Origin: Candidatus Poribacteria bacterium
GTDB taxonomy: Bacteria > Poribacteria > WGA-4E > WGA-3G
NCBI GenBank assembly: GCA_965197475.1
Contig: CBDANF010000003.1
Location: 2,112,001 to 2,176,000 of the forward strand
DNA length: 64,000 bases
Direction of reading: 5' to 3'
The notes beneath the pieces are model-generated. The model did not search any database, had not been told where the DNA came from, and saw only the letters and a program-made list of their open reading frames with translations. Shown here in pieces: positions 50,997-61,403 of the stretch. A program made the position numbers and the translations under genes. Positions within the stretch are counted from its first letter, which is position 1. The number at the start of each line of letters is the position of its first letter.

Positions 50997-51923
50997 TTAT
51001 AGACGTATTGATTGCCAATTTACGCTGCGGGTAATCATCTCCATATATGTATCTGCTTGACGTGCATCAGGATAGCGGATATTGAATTGTCTAAACCGCC
51101 AGAACGCTATCGCGAGTGCAGCATAGTGAACAAAACCATCCAAACTGTGCCATTCGGCATCCGTTAAGAGACGTAATGCGTTGTAAGCGTCTAAAAAACT
51201 TTGGACGGAGGCGGCATCCAATTGATGCTGTGCTGTATAACAACATCCAATAATTGTCATCCCAACATCAACCAGCAAAGTATCATGGCACCCTTCTTCA
51301 AAGTCAAGAATCGCTACCATCTGATCGCCATCAAAAATGGTGTTGTCTAAAAAAAGATCTCCGTGTAGAAGTCCAGTAGGAAGAGATTTATCCAATTCCG
51401 GTTTTAGCCATTCAAGTTCCGATTTTAGCCATATAAAAAACGGATGTGTGGCAAATTGTGTGTCTTTCACCTCTTCCAGAAAAGGTGTTATTTGTGCGAT
51501 TCCCATCGGAAAACGTGGAAGTCCCGCAAGTGATGGAATACAATGTAACTTTGCCAACGCTTCGCCAATCTGCGCCGACACCTTTTGCGAAGGCTGTGGT
51601 GTCCCTCCATCCAAAAACGGATAGATCATTACGCGGTCGTTTGGAGTTACGAAAAGTGCATCACCGTTTTTCTGTAAAATCGGATACACTGTCGGGTACG
51701 CATGTTGACGAAGATGTGCCAACAGTGCGATTTGCATCTGAAGTTCATGGCGACTTTTCTCATCGCATATTTTCAGGAGGAACATGCCATCCGTCGTTGT
51801 CAACTTGAAATTGCTGTTTCCAAACCCACCCGGAATTCCCTCAAATTTCAGTGGTGTGCCGATTGCGTAATGTGCCACAATGTCCGTGAGTTCGGCTGGT
51901 GAAAGGGTCGTATAACGTGCCAT
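50997..51923 (-). CDS. thrB: Homoserine kinase type II (APH-like)
   Basis: MARYTTLS, GFGNSNF, GLLHGDLFLDN, ILDFE; start probably ATG 51923. Confidence 0.8.
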   Translation of the reverse strand: MARYTTLSPAELTDIVAHYAIGTPLKFEGIPGGFGNSNFKLTTTDGMFLLKICDEKSRHELQMQIALLAHLRQHAYPTVYPILQKNGDALFVTPNDRVMIYPFLDGGTPQPSQKVSAQIGEALAKLHCIPSLAGLPRFPMGIAQITPFLEEVKDTQFATHPFFIWLKSELEWLKPELDKSLPTGLLHGDLFLDNTIFDGDQMVAILDFEEGCHDTLLVDVGMTIIGCCYTAQHQLDAASVQSFLDAYNALRLLTDAEWHSLDGFVHYAALAIAFWRFRQFNIRYPDARQADTYMEMITRSVNWQSIRL

Positions 51924-51942
51924 GTGGTGCCACTGTTTTGGT

Positions 51943-53007
51943 TCAGTGGCTTGCGAACCATTCGCTAAAGATTTCGCTGTCATTTCTTTCAAACAAACGC
52001 TGCGTTATAATCGGGGTATCATTAACACGCTGCCGGGCATATTCACAGTATTCAGCATTGATGTCATAACCGATGTAATATCTACCAAGTTTTTTACAAG
52101 CAACCGCTGTTGACCCTGACCCCATAAATGGATCAAGAACCATAGAACTCGGAGGCGTGAGGAGATGTAAAAACTCCTCTACCACTTCCACCGGATAGAT
52201 TGCTGGGTGTTTATTTCCTTTAACCGCAGCAACGGGTGTCTCAATCACATCTCGCTTGAGCTTATTGCCATGAATCCGAATGATTGTAAATCCTTTATTC
52301 TTTAATTGTAATGTGCGTCCACCCATCTGTCCGCCGAATGGAACAGCATGAATGCCACGGATTTTCATCCGAAAACTTTGTGTTTTGCCGCGTTTTACCT
52401 CTTGAATAACCTCTGCCAGTTCAATCCGGGCAACGGCTTTCTCTGCTTCAGATAGATCGGATTCATCAATAAGCTCGAAATACCGCTGCCCAATGTTAGT
52501 ACTAGTTTTCTTTTTTGAGGGCTGCTGGGCACGCGATTCTGCCAAGAAAGCTTTGGGGTCGTAGAAATAGTCATCTGATTTTGCAAAATGAAAGAATGGC
52601 TCAGTACTACTGACAAGGCGGCGGCTAAATTGGCGCGGGGTCGGATTTTTTTTGACCCATGTGATTTCATTTACGAGTCTAACTAATCCTGTATCTGTGG
52701 CTGCGAGTGCGAAACGGTATGGAACAAGAAGTAAGTTACTGTCCTGGTACTTGTCGCCTATATTGAAAACTATATTGCCATCATTCCTCACAACACGAAC
52801 ACATTCGCGGAAGAGGCAAAGTAGCGTATCAACGTACTTACTAACATTAATTTCATTTCCCATCCCGCCTCCGTAATCGCGCTGCTGAAAATAGGGAGGG
52901 GAGGTAATCACCAATTGAATGCTACAATCAGGTAACTGCCGGATAAGTTCCAGATTATCCCCGCACAGTATTTGGTCAATTGGTAAGTTATCATCAGTAT
53001 AGGACAT
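51943..53007 (-). CDS. Orphan beta-class amino-DNA methyltransferase (SPPY, probably m4C)
   Basis: ITSPPY (IV) precedes HPAIYP and DPFMGSGST (I); no adjacent endonuclease. Confidence 0.9.
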   Translation of the reverse strand: MSYTDDNLPIDQILCGDNLELIRQLPDCSIQLVITSPPYFQQRDYGGGMGNEINVSKYVDTLLCLFRECVRVVRNDGNIVFNIGDKYQDSNLLLVPYRFALAATDTGLVRLVNEITWVKKNPTPRQFSRRLVSSTEPFFHFAKSDDYFYDPKAFLAESRAQQPSKKKTSTNIGQRYFELIDESDLSEAEKAVARIELAEVIQEVKRGKTQSFRMKIRGIHAVPFGGQMGGRTLQLKNKGFTIIRIHGNKLKRDVIETPVAAVKGNKHPAIYPVEVVEEFLHLLTPPSSMVLDPFMGSGSTAVACKKLGRYYIGYDINAEYCEYARQRVNDTPIITQRLFERNDSEIFSEWFASH

Positions 53008-53094
53008 ACTTCATACTCCTTTTCTACGGTCAACAACAAGATAGTTCAGTGGCGCGTTGATTGTAAAAGTTACCATGTGATGTAACGTGAGATG

Positions 53095-53643
53095 TCACTG
53101 TTTCAGTTCAGAGGCTTGGATCAATGCTTTATATTCGGGTAGATCACGGATTTTATCAAATGCAGGTTCCGTTTTTGCGGTAGAAAGCACTGCTTTATCC
53201 ACTCGAATCGCTTCGCGTAGAGACGCAATTGATTTTTCAATATCGGCAACTTGGGTGCCATTTCCTAAAGGTTTCTCTGCCTTCAACGCATAAGCAACAG
53301 CAAGGTTATAATGTGCCTTCGCGAAATCTACATCCAGTTGTGTTGCACGTTCCCACGCACGGATAGCTTGTTCAAGATCACCCATATTCCCATATACAGC
53401 ACCCAGGTTGAAATAAGGAATTGCCCAGCCCGGTTCGTTCTGAATTGCCAATTTGAACTCGGTGACAGCTAGTGTGAAATTACTTTCCTTGGCATACGCG
53501 AGTCCCCAATTGTAATGTGATTTCGCTGCTTCATTCGGTTCAGAGGCATCCGTGCTTTGTGAATACGGAATGCTTTTCAGACCACATCCAATCAGCAATA
53601 CCGCTGAGCAGAATATAAGAATCATTCTCATTTCTCTCTCCAC
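53095..53643 (-). CDS. TPR-repeat lipoprotein
   Basis: Lipobox LIGC; TPRs HYNWGLAY, YFNLGAVY, AHYNLAVAY. Confidence 0.85.
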   Translation of the reverse strand: MEREMRMILIFCSAVLLIGCGLKSIPYSQSTDASEPNEAAKSHYNWGLAYAKESNFTLAVTEFKLAIQNEPGWAIPYFNLGAVYGNMGDLEQAIRAWERATQLDVDFAKAHYNLAVAYALKAEKPLGNGTQVADIEKSIASLREAIRVDKAVLSTAKTEPAFDKIRDLPEYKALIQASELKQ

Positions 53644-53726
53644 ATCTTTTATAACACTTTACCCGAATTTAGGTTGTCAGTCAACCGGTTTGTGCTGCTC
53701 CAGAAACGTTTAGTTTCCAACAACTG

Positions 53727-55949
53727 TTATTTAGACGGTACATTCCAAAGGAAAATAGTTCCGTCTTGTCTATAATCGTGGCCGCTTATGCTTGCGAGTG
53801 TTTTGCCATCAGGTGCAAACGCCAATGTATGGATAAAGTTTTTATGTCCATCATAGGTTGCAAGAAGGCGGCGGGTAGCAAATTCCCATAGATGAATTTT
53901 ACCGCCCGTATCCCCGCTGGCGAGAATAGTACCATCCGATGAAAATGCTAACTTGCAGACTGCATGTTGGTGTCCACTAATAGTTTCAATAAGGTTTTGG
54001 GTGGCAACATCCCACAAATGTATTTTCTTGTTTCCATTTCCAGTTGCGAGCGTTTTTCCATCAGGTGTGAATGCTAACGCATAAACATTAAAGTTGCGCA
54101 AGTGGAAACGTTCTAACAATCCACCCATTAATCCCTTAGAAATTTTAAGTGCTGCAAGTTGTTCGCCGGTGTTCATATTCCATAAATATATGCGATTTCC
54201 CATACTATAAGCAAGCATTTTGCCATTGAATGTTGATGTCATCCAATACCTATCAATCTTCGTAAAGGTATTCAGATTTTTGGCTTTGAGCGTGTCCCAT
54301 ATTTCTGTTCCATTATTTGTTTGAATAACCAGTTTTTCACTATTTGGTGCAAAAACACCTACGATGTCCCCCCTAAGTGTTGTGCCATCATTAAATGAAT
54401 CAGAAAAACCTCCGTTTAATGTGTCTGGGATGGTGTAGGCGTTTTCCTGTATTCCTGAGGTAATATCCCACACTTCAATATTGCCTCTACTCTCACTGAT
54501 AAGCGTTTTGTTGTCCTTCGCGAATGTTAATGCACGGATATAATTGTCATCTGTGTTGATCGTAATCCATTTGTTGTGTTCATTTGCATTCCAGAGTTGG
54601 ATGTTTCCCGTAATGTCACCGCTTGCGAGCACTTTTCCATCATGTGAGAACACTAACGCCGTGAGTGGTTTTGTATAGCCTGAAGTGAGAGTCAGCAGTG
54701 GTTTGTTGGTACGTGTGTGCCACACATTTACAGTGCCGTTCCCGTTTGCTGTGGCAAGGGTTGCTCCCTCTTGTGATAACACGAAACGTTCAGGGAAAGG
54801 TTTAAACTCATCTAAAACGGGACTGAGTTTTGCTATTTGACGGTGGGTGGCAATGTCCAATAGTGTATAACTATCTTTGGCAATTAGAACGAGGGTTTTT
54901 CCGTCGCCTGAAAATCTTACGGTTTTCGCATCGGGGAACGTAGCGATTTCACTGCGGGCAGGAACGTCCCATATAGCGCAACCATCATACCCTGTTATGG
55001 CGAGGATTTTTCCACCCTTTGAAAACCTTACGTCTTGGACACGGCCCCCTGGAAGTGCCGCGAGTTGTTCACCTATGTCAACATCCCATATTTCAATTGG
55101 TCCTTGGGTATTTCTGCTGCCATTTCTCAAGGGGATCCTGTAGGATATTCTACTCACAAGCGTTTTTCCGTCCGGTGCAAACTCCAATCCCTGATGCCAT
55201 TTTATAGGTTGTTTTTCAAAAAGCGTGTAGCTTTGGCTGTCGTGTCCCAGCGGATATTGGATTGGAAAAGGTATCCTATCATCCATTGTGCGTGGTGTAA
55301 GTGTTATTATTTCTCTGCCGGTTTGTCCATTTTTGATGCTGATTGTGCCATCCTTATTTCCGATAGCAAAGGTAACAACGCCTATGCGATCAACAAAGGC
55401 AGCTAATGCACGAGTCCATACTCTACCTTTGATTCTGATTTTGGAAGCCTTTGGATTGAATGTATTTAGTAATTTTCCAGTGGAGGTATCCCAAAGCGTA
55501 ACTATCCGTTGCCAATTGACTCCTACAAGCGTTTTTCCATCGGGTAAGAATTTCAGAGAAAAAAGTGTGCCTTTGGGAATAGCAAATGTCTGCAAGTTTT
55601 TACCGGTTTTAGCGTCCCAAAGCCGAACGGTTTTATCATCCGCGCTGCTGGCAAGCATCTTTCCATCCGGTGAGAATGCTACATGTCTAACGGCATCCGT
55701 ATGCCCTGAAAGGAAAGCAGTTTCGTCGCCTGTGTTGACATCATAAAGCCATACACCGATAGAGCTTGCTATTGCCAACTGATTGCCATCAGGTGATAGC
55801 TGCATATCATTTAAGATGCCTTTACCGAGACGTGCTTTAGCACCTTCAGGTAAACTGAATTGCGTATAGTCCTGGGCGAAAGAATTCAGTGGATATAGGG
55901 TAAAAAAGATAAATAGTATTAAGAAAATCGAAAATAGTTTAGTCTTCAT
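53727..55949 (-). CDS. Secreted WD40-repeat protein
   Basis: Signal peptide ending SFA, QDYTQFSLPEGAKARLGKG, multiple WD40 repeats. Confidence 0.92.
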   Translation of the reverse strand: MKTKLFSIFLILFIFFTLYPLNSFAQDYTQFSLPEGAKARLGKGILNDMQLSPDGNQLAIASSIGVWLYDVNTGDETAFLSGHTDAVRHVAFSPDGKMLASSADDKTVRLWDAKTGKNLQTFAIPKGTLFSLKFLPDGKTLVGVNWQRIVTLWDTSTGKLLNTFNPKASKIRIKGRVWTRALAAFVDRIGVVTFAIGNKDGTISIKNGQTGREIITLTPRTMDDRIPFPIQYPLGHDSQSYTLFEKQPIKWHQGLEFAPDGKTLVSRISYRIPLRNGSRNTQGPIEIWDVDIGEQLAALPGGRVQDVRFSKGGKILAITGYDGCAIWDVPARSEIATFPDAKTVRFSGDGKTLVLIAKDSYTLLDIATHRQIAKLSPVLDEFKPFPERFVLSQEGATLATANGNGTVNVWHTRTNKPLLTLTSGYTKPLTALVFSHDGKVLASGDITGNIQLWNANEHNKWITINTDDNYIRALTFAKDNKTLISESRGNIEVWDITSGIQENAYTIPDTLNGGFSDSFNDGTTLRGDIVGVFAPNSEKLVIQTNNGTEIWDTLKAKNLNTFTKIDRYWMTSTFNGKMLAYSMGNRIYLWNMNTGEQLAALKISKGLMGGLLERFHLRNFNVYALAFTPDGKTLATGNGNKKIHLWDVATQNLIETISGHQHAVCKLAFSSDGTILASGDTGGKIHLWEFATRRLLATYDGHKNFIHTLAFAPDGKTLASISGHDYRQDGTIFLWNVPSK

Positions 55950-55960
55950 TGTTCAGACAA

Positions 55961-56908
55961 TCACCTCCGCCACCAACTCTTTTTACTCTGATAAAATGCA
56001 AAGAGTTTTGAAATAGCTTTGTCATTTTTGTTGAGACGCAATACTGCCTCACACGCCGCAATCACCTTCTGTTTGTCAGAATCAGCACCAGTTTCTTGAT
56101 ACATAAAATGATAACTTTGTGCGATAGCAGTAAAATACACCGCCTGATCAATCTCTGTCGGTACTTCAGCAGGAAGTTCGGTGCTGACTGAAACTGCCTC
56201 ACTCCATGCTTCAAGCGCAGCATAGCAGATAACCTTCTGAAATAGCGGTGCCAATTGCGAATTGTCAAGCCAATACGCTTGCGTATAGCAGCTAATGGCT
56301 TCCGAATACGCGGAATTGTCAATGTGCAGTTGGGCAAGTGCAGTATAAAAAGCGTCCAACCCGCTATCGGCGATGGTGTATAGTTCAGCACCGGTGTTGA
56401 TGAGCCATTCTTTTTCTATTAGAAATTCAAGTGCGGAATTACGCTCCTCGTCTGTAATACTAATATCCGTCAGGAGATGTTTTGCAACAGCGGCGTTTGG
56501 AAAAATCTTTGTGCGGCTTTTCATTAACGGATATGCTTGCGCCGGTTTATCCATCGCCAAAAGTTTGATGCCGGTCGCAATGCGAAAGAGTGAAACAATT
56601 TGATCGCTGTTTTGGCGAGACATCTGATCGGCAATCTGTTCTCTATTTTCAGAAAAATGTTGGTTGAGATTATCAACTGCCTGTCGAATGTCGGTATTTT
56701 CAGGGTTGAGTTGGTGCGCTTGGGATAAAAACCGCTGTGCAGCGAAGAGTTCTCCCCATTCTTGATAGATGCGGCCGAGGCGAAAGTTGGCATACGCAAG
56801 CGTCTTCGAATCGCTCTTGCCTCGGATAACGTCATCATAGGCTTGGATAGCTTCGGCTATATGTTCTTGGGTTTCTAATGTTTGAGCGTGATTAAGTAAT
56901 TTTGACAT
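55961..56908 (-). CDS. TPR-repeat protein
   Basis: ANFRLGRIYQEWGE...A...LNPEN and further helical repeats. Confidence 0.75.
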   Translation of the reverse strand: MSKLLNHAQTLETQEHIAEAIQAYDDVIRGKSDSKTLAYANFRLGRIYQEWGELFAAQRFLSQAHQLNPENTDIRQAVDNLNQHFSENREQIADQMSRQNSDQIVSLFRIATGIKLLAMDKPAQAYPLMKSRTKIFPNAAVAKHLLTDISITDEERNSALEFLIEKEWLINTGAELYTIADSGLDAFYTALAQLHIDNSAYSEAISCYTQAYWLDNSQLAPLFQKVICYAALEAWSEAVSVSTELPAEVPTEIDQAVYFTAIAQSYHFMYQETGADSDKQKVIAACEAVLRLNKNDKAISKLFAFYQSKKSWWRR

Positions 56909-56920
56909 AAAGGATTTCTT

Positions 56921-57892
56921 TCATCTACCCTGTAATAACTTGAGACACATAACCTCAAGCGCAAAGACTTTGGTAACGTTTGTCCTTTTGAGCAGTTCCT
57001 TCGTTTCAAAAACGGTCTTGATGGCACGTTGAAGTCGGATTTGAGAGTAGCGTGGCACAAGTGTTTGAAGTTTTTCTAATGCGTTGGCGTGTGTAATTAA
57101 GTCTTTAGGTGCGCCTTGTTGCAGAAGAAGGAGATCGCGATACCACGTTATCAATTCGTCTAAACTGTCCTGTTTTTTCCCAAATTGTTCTGCTAATCGA
57201 AAGGCAGCTAACGGGTCAGTCTCCCCTAAGATTTCTGGCACTGTTTCACTTTCGGTAATACCTTTTTCAATAAGTGCGATTGCTTTTCCAACAACACCAC
57301 CTGACAATATAGCAGCTGCGGAAGCTGTCGCTTCATCAATAGAAAACCGTTCCATTAATGCTGCGGTTAATTGTTCAGTGGGCATTGGGTAAAACGGAAG
57401 AATCTGACAACGGGATCGAATCGTAGGCAGAATGGATTCAATGTTTTCTGTCAATAGGATGAGTGTTGATGCAGCGGGGGGCTCTTCAAGCGTTTTGAGT
57501 AGGGCATTTGCTGCAGGATTGTTCGGATCGCTCATCCTTTCGGTGTTTGCTAAAATGTAGATTTTTCGTGGTCCTTCAAGTGGCTGATAAACAATTGCTC
57601 GTTGCAGTTCACGGATTTGGTCTATCTTCATCTGTGCGCCATCAGGTCGAATTATTCGTAGGTCTGGGTGATTACCGCTTTTTATCTTACGGCAAGCACG
57701 GCATTCATCACAAGATGCCGATCCTTCCGCACGTTGTTCACATAGAATTAAATTCGCAAAGTAAAGCGCGACAGTCTCTTTGCCAACACCTTGCACGCCT
57801 GAAAAAAGGTACGCGCCAGCAATACGTTCTGATGCTACAGCGTTTTGGAGTTGTGTAATGATGTTCTGATGACCGAGTATAACGTTTTGCAT
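56921..57892 (-). CDS. holB: DNA polymerase III subunit delta-prime
   Basis: AYLFSGVQGVGK, zinc module C...CDECRAC, HPD, AANALLKTLEEPP, LPTIRSRC; follows tmk. Confidence 0.93.
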   Translation of the reverse strand: MQNVILGHQNIITQLQNAVASERIAGAYLFSGVQGVGKETVALYFANLILCEQRAEGSASCDECRACRKIKSGNHPDLRIIRPDGAQMKIDQIRELQRAIVYQPLEGPRKIYILANTERMSDPNNPAANALLKTLEEPPAASTLILLTENIESILPTIRSRCQILPFYPMPTEQLTAALMERFSIDEATASAAAILSGGVVGKAIALIEKGITESETVPEILGETDPLAAFRLAEQFGKKQDSLDELITWYRDLLLLQQGAPKDLITHANALEKLQTLVPRYSQIRLQRAIKTVFETKELLKRTNVTKVFALEVMCLKLLQGR

Positions 57893-57931
57893 TTTTTTAA
57901 TGTAGCCGACACATTTTGATGTACGGTGATC

Positions 57932-58561
57932 TCAGGGCGTTTGTGATAACTGAATTCTTTTTCTGGATTCTGTCACGAGAAGATCGTGGATAGTATCAAC
58001 GTCAAGTTGTGCATTGATGGAGATGACGCGCTGCGGTTCCGATTCTGCCACAGCTAAATACCCCTTTCTCACTTTTTCGTGTGAGGCTAAGGTTTCAAGT
58101 TCAAGGCGAGTGAGAGGTTCCTCTGAATCCCGTTTGCGTTGGAGTCCGATATCCGGCGGCAAGTCAAGAAGAAACGTAATGTCAGGTGTTAATCCTCTTG
58201 TCGCAATGTGGTTCACTTGTTCTATGAGTTGGAGGTCAATCCCTTTGCGATACCCTTGATAGGCAATAGTAGCATCGCTAAATCGGTCACAGATAACGAT
58301 CTGTCCTGCATTTAATGCGGGCAGGATACGTTCGGTGACGTGTTGTGCGCGTGCGGCGGCAATCAGCAACAATTCGGTTGATGCAGACATAGTAGAAGGG
58401 GTTAGAAAAATATCTCGGATCTGTTCCGAAAGCGGTGTGCCGCCCGGTTCGCGGGTAACAAGCACATTTTCACCGAGGGCTGCTGCTAATCGGTGTATCT
58501 GTGTTGTTTTGCCTGCGCCTTCTACGCCTTCAAGTGTGATGAAAAAGCCTTTGTGTTTCAT
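57932..58561 (-). CDS. tmk: Thymidylate kinase
   Basis: FITLEGVEGAGKTTQ, TREPGGT, CDRFSDATIAYQG, PDITFLLD. ATG 58561 lies 8 nt after a TATTAT -10 (TTGATA -35), so it is probably leaderless. Confidence 0.95.
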   Translation of the reverse strand: MKHKGFFITLEGVEGAGKTTQIHRLAAALGENVLVTREPGGTPLSEQIRDIFLTPSTMSASTELLLIAAARAQHVTERILPALNAGQIVICDRFSDATIAYQGYRKGIDLQLIEQVNHIATRGLTPDITFLLDLPPDIGLQRKRDSEEPLTRLELETLASHEKVRKGYLAVAESEPQRVISINAQLDVDTIHDLLVTESRKRIQLSQTP

Positions 58562-58617
58562 TAGTTTAAATAATACCACGTAGTAAACGGTGTATCAAGT
58601 GCAATTTTGATGAATCA

Positions 58618-59320
58618 CAGAACCATTCAATTTTCGAAATACATATTGTTGTATAGGTTATCATCATGTGTGGCCTGACTTTTCACGCCGCACATGATGG
58701 ACTTCACCTTAGAGAATAGTCTAAAATCATTTGAGGTGAAAAATGACAAAACAAAAGTCTCGTCATCTACTTGAAATGTTAGCAGAAGTTCCTGATTCTC
58801 GCAAGTCACAAGGCAAACGCCATCCGCTCCCAGCCATTTTAGGTCTCACGGTTGTCGCAATGCTGTGTGGGTGTCGCAGTTATAGTGCTGTTGAAAAAGG
58901 ACACGGTTGGATACAAACACGCACGCTTACTGCCAGCACAGTCCTTACAGATACAGATTATGTGGAATGGCCGGGACTTGCACAAGTTTATCAATACTGA
59001 TGCGAACGCACGCATACCCGCACAGAAAAACAACACATTGGATACAATATGGGATAAGAAGTTTGCCACCAGAAGACGGCTCCGCAGCACGACTTTTGAC
59101 ACTACGGCGTGGACATTGGGCAATAGAGAGCTTGGCGCATTGCTCCCGCGATATGTTGTTTGGTGAAGATGCTTCACAAGTGCGTTGTGGTAGTATTCCA
59201 CAAGTAATGTGTGCATTACGAAATGCGGTGACCAGTCTTTTGCGCACATCTGGATACACTGAAATAGCATACGCACTCCGATATTTTGCCGCACATCCAG
59301 AGCAAGCACTCAACTCATCG
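58618..59320 (+). mobile_element. ISAs1-family remnant with left IR and internally deleted transposase
   Basis: Left IR CAGAACCATTCAATTTTC; VPDSRKSQGKRHPLPAIL..AMLCG fused directly to VEKGHG; RGHWAIE...FGEDASQVR; similar to 14945-15414. Confidence 0.85.
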
Positions 59321-59367
59321 GGAGAGATACCGAAAATTGGATGGCTCTGCCACATTCCCAAACCCTC

Positions 59368-59396
59368 TTGACATTTCTCACTGATTCTGGTATTAT
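59368..59396 (+). promoter_or_regulatory. Putative sigma70 promoter
   Basis: TTGACA, 17-nt spacer, TG-extended TATTAT upstream of 59435. Confidence 0.6.
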
Positions 59397-59434
59397 ATCA
59401 ATATATTTATCAAGAATATAGATGGAAAGGAACC

Positions 59435-61384
59435 ATGCAGAAATCTTATTTTCTTTTTTCATTACTATGCCTTGTTGTGATGTTTCTACTATTCACAAGG
59501 ATTGGCTACAGTGAGCAATATGTCATCGTAGACAGGGAAAATGGCGACAGACTCACTGGTCGTTGGCTCAATTCTACAGATACACACTTTGAAATTGAAT
59601 ATAACGGACAGGTTTTAAGGTTTCCATTAGAAGGACACACGCTCAGTTTTACCTCGGAACTCGAAAATGTCCCAAACCAAACAGCGGCGAAGTATTATCG
59701 CAATGGACGTGACCTGTTAGATTTAGAAAAACCTGAATCAGCAAAACGACTATTTGAAAAAGCGTTGGAAGAATTTCCGAAATTTGTAGATGCCCATTAT
59801 CAACTCGGATTACTTTATAAAGCTGATGGAGACATTCAAAAAGCATTAGCAAGATTTCGAGCTGTCTTACTCATAGATGCAAAGAATTTCGACCTTGTAC
59901 CACTACTTCAAGAAATTGGGGACAATGCCGTTACTACTGAGGATTATGCCCAGGCAGTTAACGCCTTCCAACTAATACTTACACATTATCCCAAACATGA
60001 ATCCATTCCGAAACTTACTTACCAGACAGGATTCCTGCTCATGAAGGAATTGAAAGACCCTGAAGCAGCACTTGAATTGTTGCAAAAAGCAGTCCATCAA
60101 TTCATTAATTTCACTGAACACGAGGAGGCAGTTTACCAGATAGGGGTATTACAAGCTGAAACAGGGGAACTTGAAAATGCTTTAAATACTTTGCAACGAT
60201 TCGTTGATATCTATCGAAATAGTGATTGGGTTGATGATGCAAACTTAAAGCGGGCAATTATCTATCTACAACTCGGACAAACGAAAAATGCAGTTAACAA
60301 AGCAAAACGAGTTCAACAAAATAGCGTAGACCCCGCCATAATTGCGCAAGCAAAAGAGGTCGTTAGATCAAGTGCATGGAACATCTTCACACACGATTTA
60401 CCCGACCTCAACATTCAGGCTATTGCCGTTGATGGAACATCCCTCTGGATAGGCACACCGAAAGGAATAGCACAAATCGAAACCGGCGGTAATGTCGGAT
60501 GGCAAGCGAATGAAGCTGCCGCATGGAAAATTAATGAGTATATGCCGACAGTCCCTGATGTCCGAGCAATCGTAGTTAACGCCACTCAAGTATGGGTCGG
60601 CACACGAAATCAAGGCATCATATATTATAACAAAAAAACACATGAGGTTAAAAATTACTCGATCGCCCAAGGTTTCCCTAGTGTGTGGATTCGAGACATC
60701 AAGATGGATAACGAGGAAATTTGGTTGGCTACAGATATTGGAGTTGTTCAATGGATTCTTGACACCGGAGAACTAAACCATTATCATGGAAATGACCCGG
60801 TCCCCAACGATATTCACTCTATAGCACTTACCCCCGAGGCTGTATGGGTAGGCACATCAGGAGATGAAATCGCTGTTTTTGATCGTAAATTAAAACTTTG
60901 GATCCCTAAAAATTTCTTGGACATTGCACCGGAAACACAGATTGTCCGATTTGATGCTGTTGGTGATAAAATGCTCTTTTCCTGGTACAATGAAGAAACC
61001 AACGAAAATGGTTTCTTTCAAGCAGATTGGGATGGACAAAATGGTAATTCTAACTCAGTGTTATCGTTATCCGGAACTGATGAAAAGACAGTACTAGATG
61101 ACATCTTGATCACCGGTGTTGTTGATAAAACGATACCACAACTTCCATTGGAAGACGGAAAATCCGAATCCACACCGCTTGTGCTTTGGCTTGCTATGAG
61201 TGATTACGTTGCGATTAATTACACACGTACTCAGGAGTGGGATGGTGATATCGGATACCCAAAAATCGTATTGGAAGATTCTACTATTCAGTGCATCGCA
61301 GTTGATAATAATCGGATTTGGATTGGCACCACGAAAGGCATGCTAACGATAGACGAAGAAAAAGTCAGTAAAACAACCGAATAG
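59435..61384 (+). CDS. Secreted TPR protein with C-terminal beta-propeller (two-component-regulator-propeller-like)
   Basis: Signal peptide, TPRs (DAHYQLGLLY), repeats IQAIAVDGTSLWIGT / VWVGT / IWIGT. Confidence 0.82.
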   Translation: MQKSYFLFSLLCLVVMFLLFTRIGYSEQYVIVDRENGDRLTGRWLNSTDTHFEIEYNGQVLRFPLEGHTLSFTSELENVPNQTAAKYYRNGRDLLDLEKPESAKRLFEKALEEFPKFVDAHYQLGLLYKADGDIQKALARFRAVLLIDAKNFDLVPLLQEIGDNAVTTEDYAQAVNAFQLILTHYPKHESIPKLTYQTGFLLMKELKDPEAALELLQKAVHQFINFTEHEEAVYQIGVLQAETGELENALNTLQRFVDIYRNSDWVDDANLKRAIIYLQLGQTKNAVNKAKRVQQNSVDPAIIAQAKEVVRSSAWNIFTHDLPDLNIQAIAVDGTSLWIGTPKGIAQIETGGNVGWQANEAAAWKINEYMPTVPDVRAIVVNATQVWVGTRNQGIIYYNKKTHEVKNYSIAQGFPSVWIRDIKMDNEEIWLATDIGVVQWILDTGELNHYHGNDPVPNDIHSIALTPEAVWVGTSGDEIAVFDRKLKLWIPKNFLDIAPETQIVRFDAVGDKMLFSWYNEETNENGFFQADWDGQNGNSNSVLSLSGTDEKTVLDDILITGVVDKTIPQLPLEDGKSESTPLVLWLAMSDYVAINYTRTQEWDGDIGYPKIVLEDSTIQCIAVDNNRIWIGTTKGMLTIDEEKVSKTTE

Positions 61385-61403
61385 TATTTTGGAACAAGAC
61401 TAC

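Noticed and set aside
15415-58617. Prophage or ICE bounded by att sites
   Set aside because: No integrase, phage or conjugation genes; the block holds essential housekeeping genes and the 9-bp repeat abuts IS ends.
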